DNA of 61,950 bases from IMG/VR virus record IMGVR_UViG_3300033145_000307, positions 1 through 61,950 of that record; one strand, given 5' to 3'. Every line of letters begins with the position of its first letter. Within the stretch, counting starts at the first letter, position 1. The stretch is from a virus (taxonomy: Duplodnaviria > Caudoviricetes). The notes under the pieces are model-generated. The model saw only the letters and a list, made by a program, of their open reading frames with translations, searched no databases and was not told the DNA's origin. The position numbers and the translations under genes are program-made. Positions 1 through 8,936 of the stretch are shown one piece after another.

Positions 1-114
1 AACATTAGAATCGTTTTCGGATTGTACCAACACATACGCTTGCGCTGGCTGATCTTTCTTGAAGTAAAATCCGGTTAAAATATTATCATATACATCCCCT
101 GAAAGATTTGAGAT
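1..114. repeat. Terminal direct repeat, left copy (circularisation overlap)
   Basis: Bases 1-114 identical to 61837-61950; implies a 61,836-bp circular or circularly permuted unit. Confidence 0.97.
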
Positions 115-951
115 TGTGCCATCCCACTCTCCACCACCGGCGGCACCATCATAGGAAATCATCCCAAATATGTACTGAAAATCTTGCTTCTCGGTCAGGG
201 TAACAATTAAGGTGTCTACAAGGGTTTCCCGAACGCTGTTTGAATAAATAAAGGCGTATAGAGTTCCATAAGTGCCAACCGATTCAGTGCGTCTAACCGT
301 AACATAATAAGCAGTGTTTATGGTCAGGCCGATAGACGTATCTTCTGTATCGGCGGCACCATTAGTTTCCCTTAATATTAAAGTCTCGCTTACATATCGT
401 ACCGATAAATGATCTAAGTCGTTGTCTGCTAATCCGAACAATCCATGCCCGTTTGCAGGATCGTCATTGGAGATTGCCCACAAACCGCAGATTCCATTGG
501 TTGACACAGTGGCCTTGAACTCAAATTGATGCTCAAAATCGCCGTCAAAATTAGCTGCCCCCTCGTCTTTGTGAACATACACATCCTCATCGGTATCCAG
601 GTCAGAAACCGTAATCGTGTGCGCCGTTATCGAAACCCTGTCCCCCCCAATATCAACCTCAGTAAAATCGGTGTAATCATAATCGGAATAAAACGGAACA
701 GTATTAATCTTGGAAGTTCCGGCAACCCCAATGAGAGACTTGTCCGTGTACCGCATGTTCTCAATATCGGCAAAGGCGTTTTCGTCAAGCAAGAGTGGGT
801 CGTCATTCGGCTGCCATGATCCAGTAAAAGGCATCTCATATCTGAGAAGATCAGGCCTTCCCCCTGCTTGGTATTGTTGCCCCCAAACAGGCACAATACA
901 GGCACACACCAGAAAGAGCGTTAAGAGTATTGATAATAATTTATGTTTCAT
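1..951 (-). CDS. N-terminal part of tail nozzle/head-closure protein (continues across the junction into 59629-61950); signal peptide
   Basis: Manual translation: stop-free from ATG 951 (MKHKLLSILLTLFLVCACIVPVWG-QQYQ...) to base 1, in frame with the 59629 ORF. Full product about 1052 aa. Early motif 'PFTGSWQPNDDPLLLDENAFADIENM' resembles podophage nozzle N-termini. Confidence 0.8.
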   Translation of the reverse strand, partial: MKHKLLSILLTLFLVCACIVPVWGQQYQAGGRPDLLRYEMPFTGSWQPNDDPLLLDENAFADIENMRYTDKSLIGVAGTSKINTVPFYSDYDYTDFTEVDIGGDRVSITAHTITVSDLDTDEDVYVHKDEGAANFDGDFEHQFEFKATVSTNGICGLWAISNDDPANGHGLFGLADNDLDHLSVRYVSETLILRETNGAADTEDTSIGLTINTAYYVTVRRTESVGTYGTLYAFIYSNSVRETLVDTLIVTLTEKQDFQYIFGMISYDGAAGGGEWDGTISNLSGDVYDNILTGFYFKKDQPAQAYVLVQSENDSNV

Positions 952-962
952 TCTTCGCCTTA

Positions 963-1202
963 TTAGGGTGTCACGGTACACAAAATATCGTCTTCCAGAA
1001 CCACCATGTATTCTTTGCCGTTAAATGTGATTACTGTAGCTTCTGGTTCAGGGACAAACACCAAGGTTCCCACAGAACAATGCGCCACATCAGGTCCAAT
1101 CTTGACAACCTTCCCCTTCCTATACCCCTGTATTCTTTGGCTTTGAAGTTCTGGCGGATTGATTGCCAGCAATACTCTTTGTCCCATTAAGGTAACATTC
1201 AT
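963..1202 (-). CDS. groES: GroES/Cpn10-like co-chaperonin (short)
   Basis: 'LMGQRVLL', 'GKVVKIGP', 'VGTLVFV', 'ITFNGKEYMVVLEDDILC' match the Cpn10 pattern. Confidence 0.8.
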   Translation of the reverse strand: MNVTLMGQRVLLAINPPELQSQRIQGYRKGKVVKIGPDVAHCSVGTLVFVPEPEATVITFNGKEYMVVLEDDILCTVTP

Positions 1203-1918
1203 TATTCTACCTCAACAGGGGCTTCAGACTCACCACGAGCCCTATCAAGTTCCTGTTGGTATATCGCCATGTATATTTTATACAAATCCATCCTCGTATC
1301 CTTCGCCCATCCCTGCGCCACAATATAATAAACCAGGGCCTTGTCATACTGTGCCGGAACAAGCACGTCGCCATTATAGGCAACGGTTGCTGGTCGATCT
1401 ATCACGTATATGTCAACATCATTACCCGCTGCTGTGGCATCGGGAGAAGGGTACACAATTATGTCATTCTCCCACATTGTCCAATATACGGGCTCTCCCT
1501 CTGCATCAGGGTCTTGAGAAGAAGCGTATCCCAGACTTTCAAAAAAACCTGCCATGCTTCCTTCTGTCAGGAATTTAACATCATCATAAAGGACATATTT
1601 AACCACAATGAAGGGGTCTGCAAGGGGATAGTGCGTCTGACTTTCAACCAATGTTTCAGCCTCAACATCCTCAAGGCAATGCGACCTTGAAACAACGTCA
1701 AGAGTGCCGTCATTACACCATTGGAGCATTTCTGTGTCAGACCAGATACTTTGCTGCGTACCGCCATAAGTTGTCGGGTCGTGCAGATACCTTCTCGCCT
1801 GGTCTACTATGACGCTGGCATCGGTGCTTGAAGTAGTTTGATTGCCAGCAAAAGCAATGCCAATCCCTATGCCGATACTTAGACAGATTGCGAGCATGAA
1901 TATTATTAGTCGTTTCAT
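1202..1918 (-). CDS. Head-tail adaptor-like protein with signal peptide
   Basis: Likely start ATG 1918 (MKRLIIFMLAICLSIGIGIGIAFA-G). Adaptor-like motifs 'IVDQARRYLHD..WSDTEMLQWCNDG' and 'VPAQYDKALVYY'. Confidence 0.65.
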   Translation of the reverse strand: MKRLIIFMLAICLSIGIGIGIAFAGNQTTSSTDASVIVDQARRYLHDPTTYGGTQQSIWSDTEMLQWCNDGTLDVVSRSHCLEDVEAETLVESQTHYPLADPFIVVKYVLYDDVKFLTEGSMAGFFESLGYASSQDPDAEGEPVYWTMWENDIIVYPSPDATAAGNDVDIYVIDRPATVAYNGDVLVPAQYDKALVYYIVAQGWAKDTRMDLYKIYMAIYQQELDRARGESEAPVEVE

Positions 1919-1928
1919 GTTGGTTCCT

Positions 1929-2270
1929 TTATCTTGGCTTCCACGGCATTGATACAGCCGTTCTGTACTTAACAACGATCTCTACATCTCCAGCACACGT
2001 CACATATACACATAGTCCCGTTGAACATTTGTCTGGACTTTCTGCGGTATAGCCACTAAGTCCTTTATAATCAGCCTCATAAGAAGCGTTTGGCACAATC
2101 ACATCGCCAGAATTATCAACTCCATCGTACACATTAAAGGACGGGTCGTTGACTGCATCGGTTCGCAACAAAATGCGATACAGATAACATTCTCCGGTAT
2201 AAATCAGAATCTTCTTATTGCTTGGTGCTGATTCTGAGATACGATAAGTTACTACATAGGTATCAGGCAT
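1929..2270 (-). CDS. Putative virion-associated beta-rich protein
   Basis: 113-aa ORF in tail operon with co-oriented neighbours. Confidence 0.55.
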   Translation of the reverse strand: MPDTYVVTYRISESAPSNKKILIYTGECYLYRILLRTDAVNDPSFNVYDGVDNSGDVIVPNASYEADYKGLSGYTAESPDKCSTGLCVYVTCAGDVEIVVKYRTAVSMPWKPR

Positions 2271-2761
2271 TTAATAGCCCTCCAAAGGTCTACACAATAG
2301 ATGTATCCAAGATAACCCCACGCTGAGATAGCCACAGCAATAGCAAGTGCGAGTTCTCTGCATTTTTTTGTTTTGAGAAGCGCGGCATGTTCAAGTCGTA
2401 ATTGTGCATAGTCTTTCTTTGCCGTCGTCAATTTGTTTTTGAGCGTTGCCTTGGAAATGTTGAGCTCGGCAATAATCTCCTTGCTATGCTCAAAGACCTC
2501 AATATCTTCCTCAAACTGTTTTGATTCGTTGGCATAACTTTTGGCAATAGCAAACACTTCTCTTGCAATGTCTATGTTGTCAATAACCCTGTCATCCTTC
2601 ATGGTAAGCTGTTTTGAGTGCCATTCTGCTATCCTGCCATAGAATTCTTCAGCCGCTTTTTTTATCTGGGGCGGTGTCACATCAAAGGGCCTACGCTCAA
2701 CCAATAGCGGAAGAGATTTGTGCCTATCCTCAAAGAATTGAATCGTGTTTTTATTTAACAT
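2252..2761 (-). CDS. Coiled-coil protein with C-terminal hydrophobic segment
   Basis: 169-aa ORF; charged helical middle; hydrophobic 'LALAIAVAISAWGYLGYIY'. Confidence 0.6.
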   Translation of the reverse strand: MLNKNTIQFFEDRHKSLPLLVERRPFDVTPPQIKKAAEEFYGRIAEWHSKQLTMKDDRVIDNIDIAREVFAIAKSYANESKQFEEDIEVFEHSKEIIAELNISKATLKNKLTTAKKDYAQLRLEHAALLKTKKCRELALAIAVAISAWGYLGYIYCVDLWRAIKCLIPM

Positions 2762-2958
2762 CCCGAAACTCCTATCAATAACAACCTGTTTGCTTGTTTA
2801 GGTATTGCCCCAGCATAGAGCTTGTTGCTATATAGCCATGATATATGCGCCCTGTCCTGTGAGGAAGAAATAGCCCCATCGGGAATCGGGCCAACTCGCT
2901 TTCCCTTTCTGCCCTTTCTGATCGATCTGCGTCTTTCTTCACTATCTCCAAAAGCCAT
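2755..2958 (-). CDS. Small hypothetical protein
   Basis: 67-aa ORF with AAGGAG RBS, in operon. Confidence 0.6.
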   Translation of the reverse strand: MAFGDSEERRRSIRKGRKGKRVGPIPDGAISSSQDRAHISWLYSNKLYAGAIPKQANRLLLIGVSGC

Positions 2959-2968
2959 GATTTACTCC

Positions 2969-4765
2969 TTAATCTACTGCGCCCAATTCTCCATAAGTTG
3001 TAGTCCCAGCAGCATCAGACAAATCGGATTCAGTAATAATAGTCCCAGCATCATTTGATATTCTATATTCGGATGCTGTAGTCTCGTTCTTGTTTCTCAA
3101 GTCCATATAGTGAAGCATCATGGCATCAGCGATTGAAGGTTCTGCCAATGGTGCGCCTGCCGATAATTCTGTCAGCGTATCAGTATAAAGCACGTCCACG
3201 ACCTCGGCATTGATTTGATCTACATCAATTCTTGCATCGTCATTTAAAGTTCCCCCAAACCCACCTGACACGTTATCAACCTTCTCCGTGTTTCCATTAA
3301 TCCCAATTGTTCCTCCATCATCACAAGAAACATCAATTGTTACTTTGCCTGTACCTTGAACCGTGAACTTGCTACCGGAAGCCATCGTCTTAACTTTAAT
3401 GCCACCGCTCCACTCTCTAAGCCCTACAGTTGCAGCAACGTCATTAAAATCAATTTCTGGCGGGGAGCCGCCCGAACCAGCAGCAAAACAGTTATTAAAA
3501 ATATACGTTTCTGCTGCCGAGATAGTTATAGTTCCAGTGCAACCAGTGCTATAAAGATTTGACTTTCCTAAAGTTGCTGTTCCTATAGTACACTCATGAA
3601 AATGGATTTCTCCTGATCCGGCAGTTCCAATTCCTGAAATATGGGCCTCAGAAATATGAGCATTTTCAAACGATTGCCCACCAAGCGCTAAAGTATATTC
3701 AAAGCCCTCAAATGTAAAGTTGGCACAACTGGCATCCATAGTCAGTGATGAGCCATTTACAACATGAAACTTGTCAATATTCAGATTTGCCGAAAGGGTC
3801 TTGGCCGCAGCCCATGTACTTACCGGATTCGTGGATACTCCGTCTATTCCCGAAACAGTATTGGTGTTGCTTGCATTTGTATTTATCCAAATCGCACCAA
3901 ACGCGTAATCCCCCGTGCCTTGTGAAAACGACACAAAGATTTGATCAATATATAATGTTGCAGTGGATAGTGTAAAAGCTCCATCGGTGAATCTAATTCT
4001 TACCTTACCTAAATTAGCTCCAGTTCCAACCATTGTTGTCATTAAAGTGAATGAATTGACTTCATTAGTTGTACTTACCTTGCCTGCAATAGTTCCTATT
4101 TGCACCCATCCAGGAGCAACCCAATCATATCCGTGAATTTCAAGATCGTCATTGTTTCCGGTTAAAGCACCTGTAACAACTACAGAAGCGGGAGTTCCGC
4201 CACCAATTAAAAACTCATAATATAAATCCATCTCGGCAGTATCGTCCGTGTGGGTATGTTTTGTCCCATTTAAAGCAACGGTATCGGTATAGGTATTGGC
4301 CGATTGTGTGCCGGTGGTTAGAGTGTAGCTTGATGCTGGCCTGTTAACCGCCGCGCCTACATTGGCAATGTTAGAAAGTTGTGCTTGTGTAGAAGGGGCT
4401 GAGTCGTCAACGTACCCCACACCATTAAATGTATTTCTAAGGTTTTCGATGGATTCATCCGTTGTCCCTGGAATATAGCGTTCAGGGTCGGATAGCGTAG
4501 CTCCACCATCAACAAGATAGACATATTCCTTGGCATCAACAGCGGCACTAAAATCATACTTGTACCATCCAGTCGCCAGTTCTGTCATAGCTCCATCGTC
4601 AATATCAAGAGAGCCGTCCGCTACATCGGTGATATCAACAGTCGGGCTGAGTCCTGTCTTTGCCGCCCCAGCTTCCGAGAAATACGTCTTTATCATCACG
4701 GCGTTTGCGGCTGTAGTAAAAACCAACATGGCTAAACATATAAATGAAATGGCTTTTCTCATCAT
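2969..4765 (-). CDS. Putative tail fibre/spike protein with signal peptide
   Basis: 598 aa, Thr/Gly/Asp-rich, beta-helix-like middle; N-terminus MRKAISFICLAMLVFTTAANA-V (n/h/AxA regions). Confidence 0.65.
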   Translation of the reverse strand: MMRKAISFICLAMLVFTTAANAVMIKTYFSEAGAAKTGLSPTVDITDVADGSLDIDDGAMTELATGWYKYDFSAAVDAKEYVYLVDGGATLSDPERYIPGTTDESIENLRNTFNGVGYVDDSAPSTQAQLSNIANVGAAVNRPASSYTLTTGTQSANTYTDTVALNGTKHTHTDDTAEMDLYYEFLIGGGTPASVVVTGALTGNNDDLEIHGYDWVAPGWVQIGTIAGKVSTTNEVNSFTLMTTMVGTGANLGKVRIRFTDGAFTLSTATLYIDQIFVSFSQGTGDYAFGAIWINTNASNTNTVSGIDGVSTNPVSTWAAAKTLSANLNIDKFHVVNGSSLTMDASCANFTFEGFEYTLALGGQSFENAHISEAHISGIGTAGSGEIHFHECTIGTATLGKSNLYSTGCTGTITISAAETYIFNNCFAAGSGGSPPEIDFNDVAATVGLREWSGGIKVKTMASGSKFTVQGTGKVTIDVSCDDGGTIGINGNTEKVDNVSGGFGGTLNDDARIDVDQINAEVVDVLYTDTLTELSAGAPLAEPSIADAMMLHYMDLRNKNETTASEYRISNDAGTIITESDLSDAAGTTTYGELGAVD

Positions 4766-5454
4766 AATTCAACGGCCTCCGCCGATTCTACTTTAAGCTC
4801 TCCGGTATAAACAATCGCAACCTGTTCTTGAGGGGTTCCCGACATTGCATAGTTTCCGTCCGCATCCAAGGATATGAATATCGGATCGCCTGGAATCGTA
4901 ACTGGCTTCGTGCCGATTACATTTCCCTCTTCATCGTAAACATCTTCTTCCCGATATGTTGTGGCTGTCACGGCCTGGATTCCGGTTATCCCGGATGTCT
5001 CAGGGTCAATCGTGCTGACTAAAGCCCTTTCCGGCAGAATCGTGACATTTCCCAATGGAACTATCTGACCTGTTGGCTCTGTAACCAATTCAACATACTT
5101 ACAGACAACATATTCAAGAAGCGTGGTCGCAATCGGCTTTACTTTGCCGTCTACCGAATGCTTCACATCCCGCTCATGCCTCAGTTCCGCCTCGCCCCTG
5201 AAAGTCCGCTGGTTAATCATATCAACCTCGCCGGTGGGATAATATGTATAAGCGTCTGTTCGCTTTGACACCACAATTCCGTTCGGGTCTCGTGTTTCCT
5301 CCGTCCAGAAGATCGGGCGGTTGGAGCCGTCCCTGATTATCGTAATCTCGCTGGTTTCCGTTGGGGATGATTTCACGCCTTCCAGGAGTCCTTCGTCCCA
5401 CAGGATCTTTGCGATTTCTTCAGGGGTTTGTTTTTCCGTGTCGATTATTGGCAT
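4762..5454 (-). CDS. Hypothetical tail-region protein
   Basis: ATG 5454 overlaps upstream TAA (TAATG); acidic, beta-rich. Confidence 0.65.
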   Translation of the reverse strand: MPIIDTEKQTPEEIAKILWDEGLLEGVKSSPTETSEITIIRDGSNRPIFWTEETRDPNGIVVSKRTDAYTYYPTGEVDMINQRTFRGEAELRHERDVKHSVDGKVKPIATTLLEYVVCKYVELVTEPTGQIVPLGNVTILPERALVSTIDPETSGITGIQAVTATTYREEDVYDEEGNVIGTKPVTIPGDPIFISLDADGNYAMSGTPQEQVAIVYTGELKVESAEAVEL

Positions 5455-6791
5455 TATACTCCCCCCCTGCAAAGACGGCAATAGTGTTTTGTTGTGCTTT
5501 TTGTTGTATTAACAACGCTCCCTGTCTCACTAAAACTTATTACTTTTGCAAGTCCAGTTGATGATTTTCTCGTTGTACTTACCCAATGATAAGCACTTGG
5601 AGTAGACGGAAAGGCTGTCTGATCAACAAGAGGTTGACCAACCCCTTCATCCATTAAGCTTGCCAGTTCCGTCCTATTCGCCACCCGCCAATCCGTATAT
5701 CCGCCAAGACTATTAGCGTTCGCCTGATCCCTAAGATCAAAGATCAGGTCGTCAACCGTAACCACGCTAACCGTATCCCCTGCCGCCTCGTCCACGATTG
5801 TAGTCTCGCTGATCGTGAGCTTTGCCGCCGTGGTGATGCTGACGGTTCCGGTTATGTTATTGTCCGTGCTGCCGGATACGGTGATCTTTCTTCCCACGCA
5901 ACAGGCTCCGGTGTCGAACTCTGCGGCTGCGGATAGGATTTCTCCGGCGGTTACTTCTTTGAGTGAAAGGTTGTCAACATAAGATTCACCTGAGGGACTA
6001 GTGGTTATAAATCTTATACGCTCATTTTCGCCTTCAGCAGTAAAATAATAAACTTTTGAAACATAACTTGCATTAGTAAGATTTTCTTCTAATGTTTCCT
6101 TTGTAAGTCCATCACCAGCGTCTCTTATTACAATTTGCCAAGTGCCTGATATAACTTTAAAGTCTAAAGTTAGTTTATACGTTTTCCCCGTCCCAATAGT
6201 TAAAGCGTCAACGGCTGAAAGCATACCATTATATATAGCGCCAGATACAACCCTAAAATGATGAGTTCCAACATTGGGATCAGTATTAACAGAGGTTACA
6301 GTGCCACCAGAAGGATCAGCAGCCCATCCTGTTGTGGCATCTGTCTCGTTGCTATTAGGATCAGAAGCCGCATTTGCGCTGGTATGAAGTTCGCTTCCCA
6401 AAACAGTCGCAAACGAAATATCCGTCTTGTTCTCAAGCGTCCACTGTTCCCAAAACAACTTCCCGTCAGCCGCAGGGCCGATGTCAGCAGTCGGAACATA
6501 CCGCGCCCACATAATGCCGGTTCGATTGTCCCAGACAGCTTCGTTGGACAGGGCGTGGGTCTTGCCGTTGATTACGATATTAGTCGTGCCGGAATGATTG
6601 CCAGCCGTCAGGACGGTGTAATTCCTCGGCATCCCTTTTTCCAGATCGCCGTCGTCGCCGGATGCGTAGCTTGTGGTCTGGCCGGTTTCTAATAGTCGAG
6701 AAGCCACACGATGCTGTGATTCAGCAAATCCCGTAGAAGCTATCAGAGAAATGCACAGTATCGCTAACCAAGTTTTTAAAGCGGTTCTCAT
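5454..6791 (-). CDS. DUF1566 (Lcl C-terminal/C-type-lectin-like) protein with inserted carbohydrate-binding-like domain; signal peptide; putative receptor-binding protein
   Basis: 'TGQTTSYASGDDG', 'DNRTGIMW', 'LGGYTDWRVANRTELASL', 'YHWVST', 'YCRLCRG' are DUF1566 motifs; N-terminus MRTALKTWLAILCISLIASTGFA-E. Confidence 0.75.
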   Translation of the reverse strand: MRTALKTWLAILCISLIASTGFAESQHRVASRLLETGQTTSYASGDDGDLEKGMPRNYTVLTAGNHSGTTNIVINGKTHALSNEAVWDNRTGIMWARYVPTADIGPAADGKLFWEQWTLENKTDISFATVLGSELHTSANAASDPNSNETDATTGWAADPSGGTVTSVNTDPNVGTHHFRVVSGAIYNGMLSAVDALTIGTGKTYKLTLDFKVISGTWQIVIRDAGDGLTKETLEENLTNASYVSKVYYFTAEGENERIRFITTSPSGESYVDNLSLKEVTAGEILSAAAEFDTGACCVGRKITVSGSTDNNITGTVSITTAAKLTISETTIVDEAAGDTVSVVTVDDLIFDLRDQANANSLGGYTDWRVANRTELASLMDEGVGQPLVDQTAFPSTPSAYHWVSTTRKSSTGLAKVISFSETGSVVNTTKSTTKHYCRLCRGGV

Positions 6792-6836
6792 TAAAATTAT
6801 TTCCCCTTCGTTGCTGGTTTCGTTAGCACCATTTTC

Positions 6837-7295
6837 CTACCTCGATTGAATCAGATATAAAATAATCGTCCCACTCTTAGTGTCACCGGCGTTTGCTACA
6901 ACCGGAGTCAAGGCCTTTCCCACTAACGACATATACCCCCCGTCTGTCGTAAACAGGCTCCGATAGGTTCTTGCGTATGTTAGCGATGTGTCGGTTCCGT
7001 TTTGCAGATTCGCCCCAAATCCATCCAAAAGATCAAGGCTGTCAGAATCTATAAGCGTCACATCGTGGGCATCAGACGGATATGTTGTAGCGACATTGAA
7101 CTCAACGGCATATGGTATCCCAGATACCGTATGGCTCCCCACTCCCGATACATCCCCAGAAGCATCAGATATCCAGGTCCATGTCACTTTTAAAATTCCA
7201 TAGTCTCCATCCGAAGTAACGGTACAAATTCCAGCGGCGTAGGCATTAAAAGACAGTCCAAAAAGTAGCAACACAATAAGGATTAATCGTTTCAT
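6837..7295 (-). CDS. Putative virion protein with signal peptide
   Basis: MKRLILIVLLLFGLSFNAYA-AG; beta-sandwich-like composition. Confidence 0.65.
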   Translation of the reverse strand: MKRLILIVLLLFGLSFNAYAAGICTVTSDGDYGILKVTWTWISDASGDVSGVGSHTVSGIPYAVEFNVATTYPSDAHDVTLIDSDSLDLLDGFGANLQNGTDTSLTYARTYRSLFTTDGGYMSLVGKALTPVVANAGDTKSGTIILYLIQSR

Positions 7296-7304
7296 TCTAT
7301 TCTC

Positions 7305-8144
7305 CTAAGAAATTACATAGTTCATTTCGTCCGGCAAATTAACAGGCTCGGACGATGCTAAAAGACTCGTTTCTATCTGTGAATTAACCAACCCCCAAAT
7401 ATTCTTCTGAAAGGCCAAAGACTGTTGTTTGTCGGCAAATCCCTTGGCATCAGGTCTTGGCAACCTCATAAGCTGAATTACTCCAAACGCAACCAGCCCC
7501 TCATGATATTCTGCCGGAATATCGCCTATTGCATCGGGCGCACCAACATAATCTACAATAATGTCGTAAGTATAATCGGGGTCATCAACAACAATGTTTT
7601 TCTTTCTCGGATACCACCTTGTGTCATTGGATTGTGTAGACTCGGATAGAGCAATTTTAGTGATTTCAGGCATTGTATCCGGCTCCAAGTATGCCTTGCC
7701 TCCCGATGTGTACGCAGCGTTGCCCGTTGACCCGTTCAGCGTGTAATTATCATCATCTACCACAGTGATTTTGAAGGTTCCGTTTGCATCCGTATTTCCA
7801 CCAATGTCGTGATGAACCACAATGTTGTCAGTAGAAAATCCGTGATCTACGGACTGAATGTTTATCGGGCCAGCGTTTGTCGCATCCGTTACATCGTTGG
7901 CATTGTCCTCCAGGTCCCACACTTTCAAGACAGTTTGACAGTCGGAAGGCCATGAGAATATATGAGTAGTTGATGTAAGAGATATTCGTTTAGTGAAAAA
8001 AGAGGAATCAATCTCTTTTATTTTGAGCCCCAAAACGGTTACACCCCGAAGGATAACAACACCAATCTGCGTATCGCTTACAGTTCTTGTTTTCGGCTCT
8101 CTGATAGCTCGGCGTATTGCGATCACAATTTCTGCGGTGGTCAT
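7305..8144 (-). CDS. Head-tail adaptor-like protein with inserted small beta domain (E1-FCCH-like)
   Basis: 'AEIVIAIRRAIREP...SDTQI', 'IPAEYHEGLV'; insert 'VTDATNAGPINIQSVDHGFSTDN...GNTDANG'. No signal peptide. Confidence 0.65.
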   Translation of the reverse strand: MTTAEIVIAIRRAIREPKTRTVSDTQIGVVILRGVTVLGLKIKEIDSSFFTKRISLTSTTHIFSWPSDCQTVLKVWDLEDNANDVTDATNAGPINIQSVDHGFSTDNIVVHHDIGGNTDANGTFKITVVDDDNYTLNGSTGNAAYTSGGKAYLEPDTMPEITKIALSESTQSNDTRWYPRKKNIVVDDPDYTYDIIVDYVGAPDAIGDIPAEYHEGLVAFGVIQLMRLPRPDAKGFADKQQSLAFQKNIWGLVNSQIETSLLASSEPVNLPDEMNYVIS

Positions 8145-8147
8145 TGG

Positions 8148-8876
8148 TTAATCCTCATGATAAGTTACGGGCTTTTGATAAAATGGTTTCCCGTCCGTGT
8201 AGTTCAAATAAGTCATGTCTCCATGAGAAGCGGCCCAACGAACCCAAATATTGACAAGTTGCGCTCTCCGATATTTGCCGGGAATGGCATAATAATCGTG
8301 TTGTACAAACGATTCGTTCAAGCGCTCTTCCAATCTTTCCTGTTCTGGCGTAACAACCCATTTGTCACTTGGCCCAAATCCGAATCCGATCGGGGGTGGC
8401 AGTTCATATTCTGTGCAAGCCCTCTTGAGAATTACTGAAACATCAGGCGAAATACATTTTGAAACTTCTTCTCTAACGGCCCGATAACATTCTCTACCTT
8501 CCTCAAGCCCGGTATTGTAAAAATAGCCCCCATAAAGACCATCTACCCACTCCCTGCCTTCAATTCCGCATTTGCTTGGCCTGTCCATGCACTGTTGCAG
8601 CCTATAAAGTTCAAACAGTTGGTCTAAATTCTTAGGTCGAACCACCACTTTATAGCAGTTATGACAAGGACTTGGAATGATCCCATAACAAGGGAACCAA
8701 ACTCCATGCCACATATAACACTTATGCCACGGCACTCCTTTGTGAAGAATAAAATCCTCCGTGAATCTAACATGCCCTGCAAAGTCTATTTTTTCCTCAC
8801 CCTCGGTCAAAAATAACTTACCCTGACGCAAAGGTTCTCGAATGGGTGTCAGAATATCCATTTCTGTAAGATTCAC
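8148..8876 (-). CDS. Cys/aromatic-rich hypothetical protein
   Basis: 242-aa ORF (GTG start, GGGAGGGG RBS); 'CHNCYKVVVRP', 'KCGIE', 'KRACTEYE'. Confidence 0.65.
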   Translation of the reverse strand: MNLTEMDILTPIREPLRQGKLFLTEGEEKIDFAGHVRFTEDFILHKGVPWHKCYMWHGVWFPCYGIIPSPCHNCYKVVVRPKNLDQLFELYRLQQCMDRPSKCGIEGREWVDGLYGGYFYNTGLEEGRECYRAVREEVSKCISPDVSVILKRACTEYELPPPIGFGFGPSDKWVVTPEQERLEERLNESFVQHDYYAIPGKYRRAQLVNIWVRWAASHGDMTYLNYTDGKPFYQKPVTYHED

Positions 8877-8936
8877 AATCCCCTCCCTTGTGTAGTTCTC
8901 AGGGTGGTGTTACCCACCCCTCAAACCAGTTATGAA

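Noticed and set aside
1-114. Biological terminal repeat (T7-like DTR)
   Set aside because: It falls in the middle of a coding sequence, which fits an assembly overlap of a circular or permuted genome better.
5454-5640. Diversity-generating retroelement
   Set aside because: Target-like domain present, but no reverse transcriptase, Avd or adenine-variant template repeat was seen.
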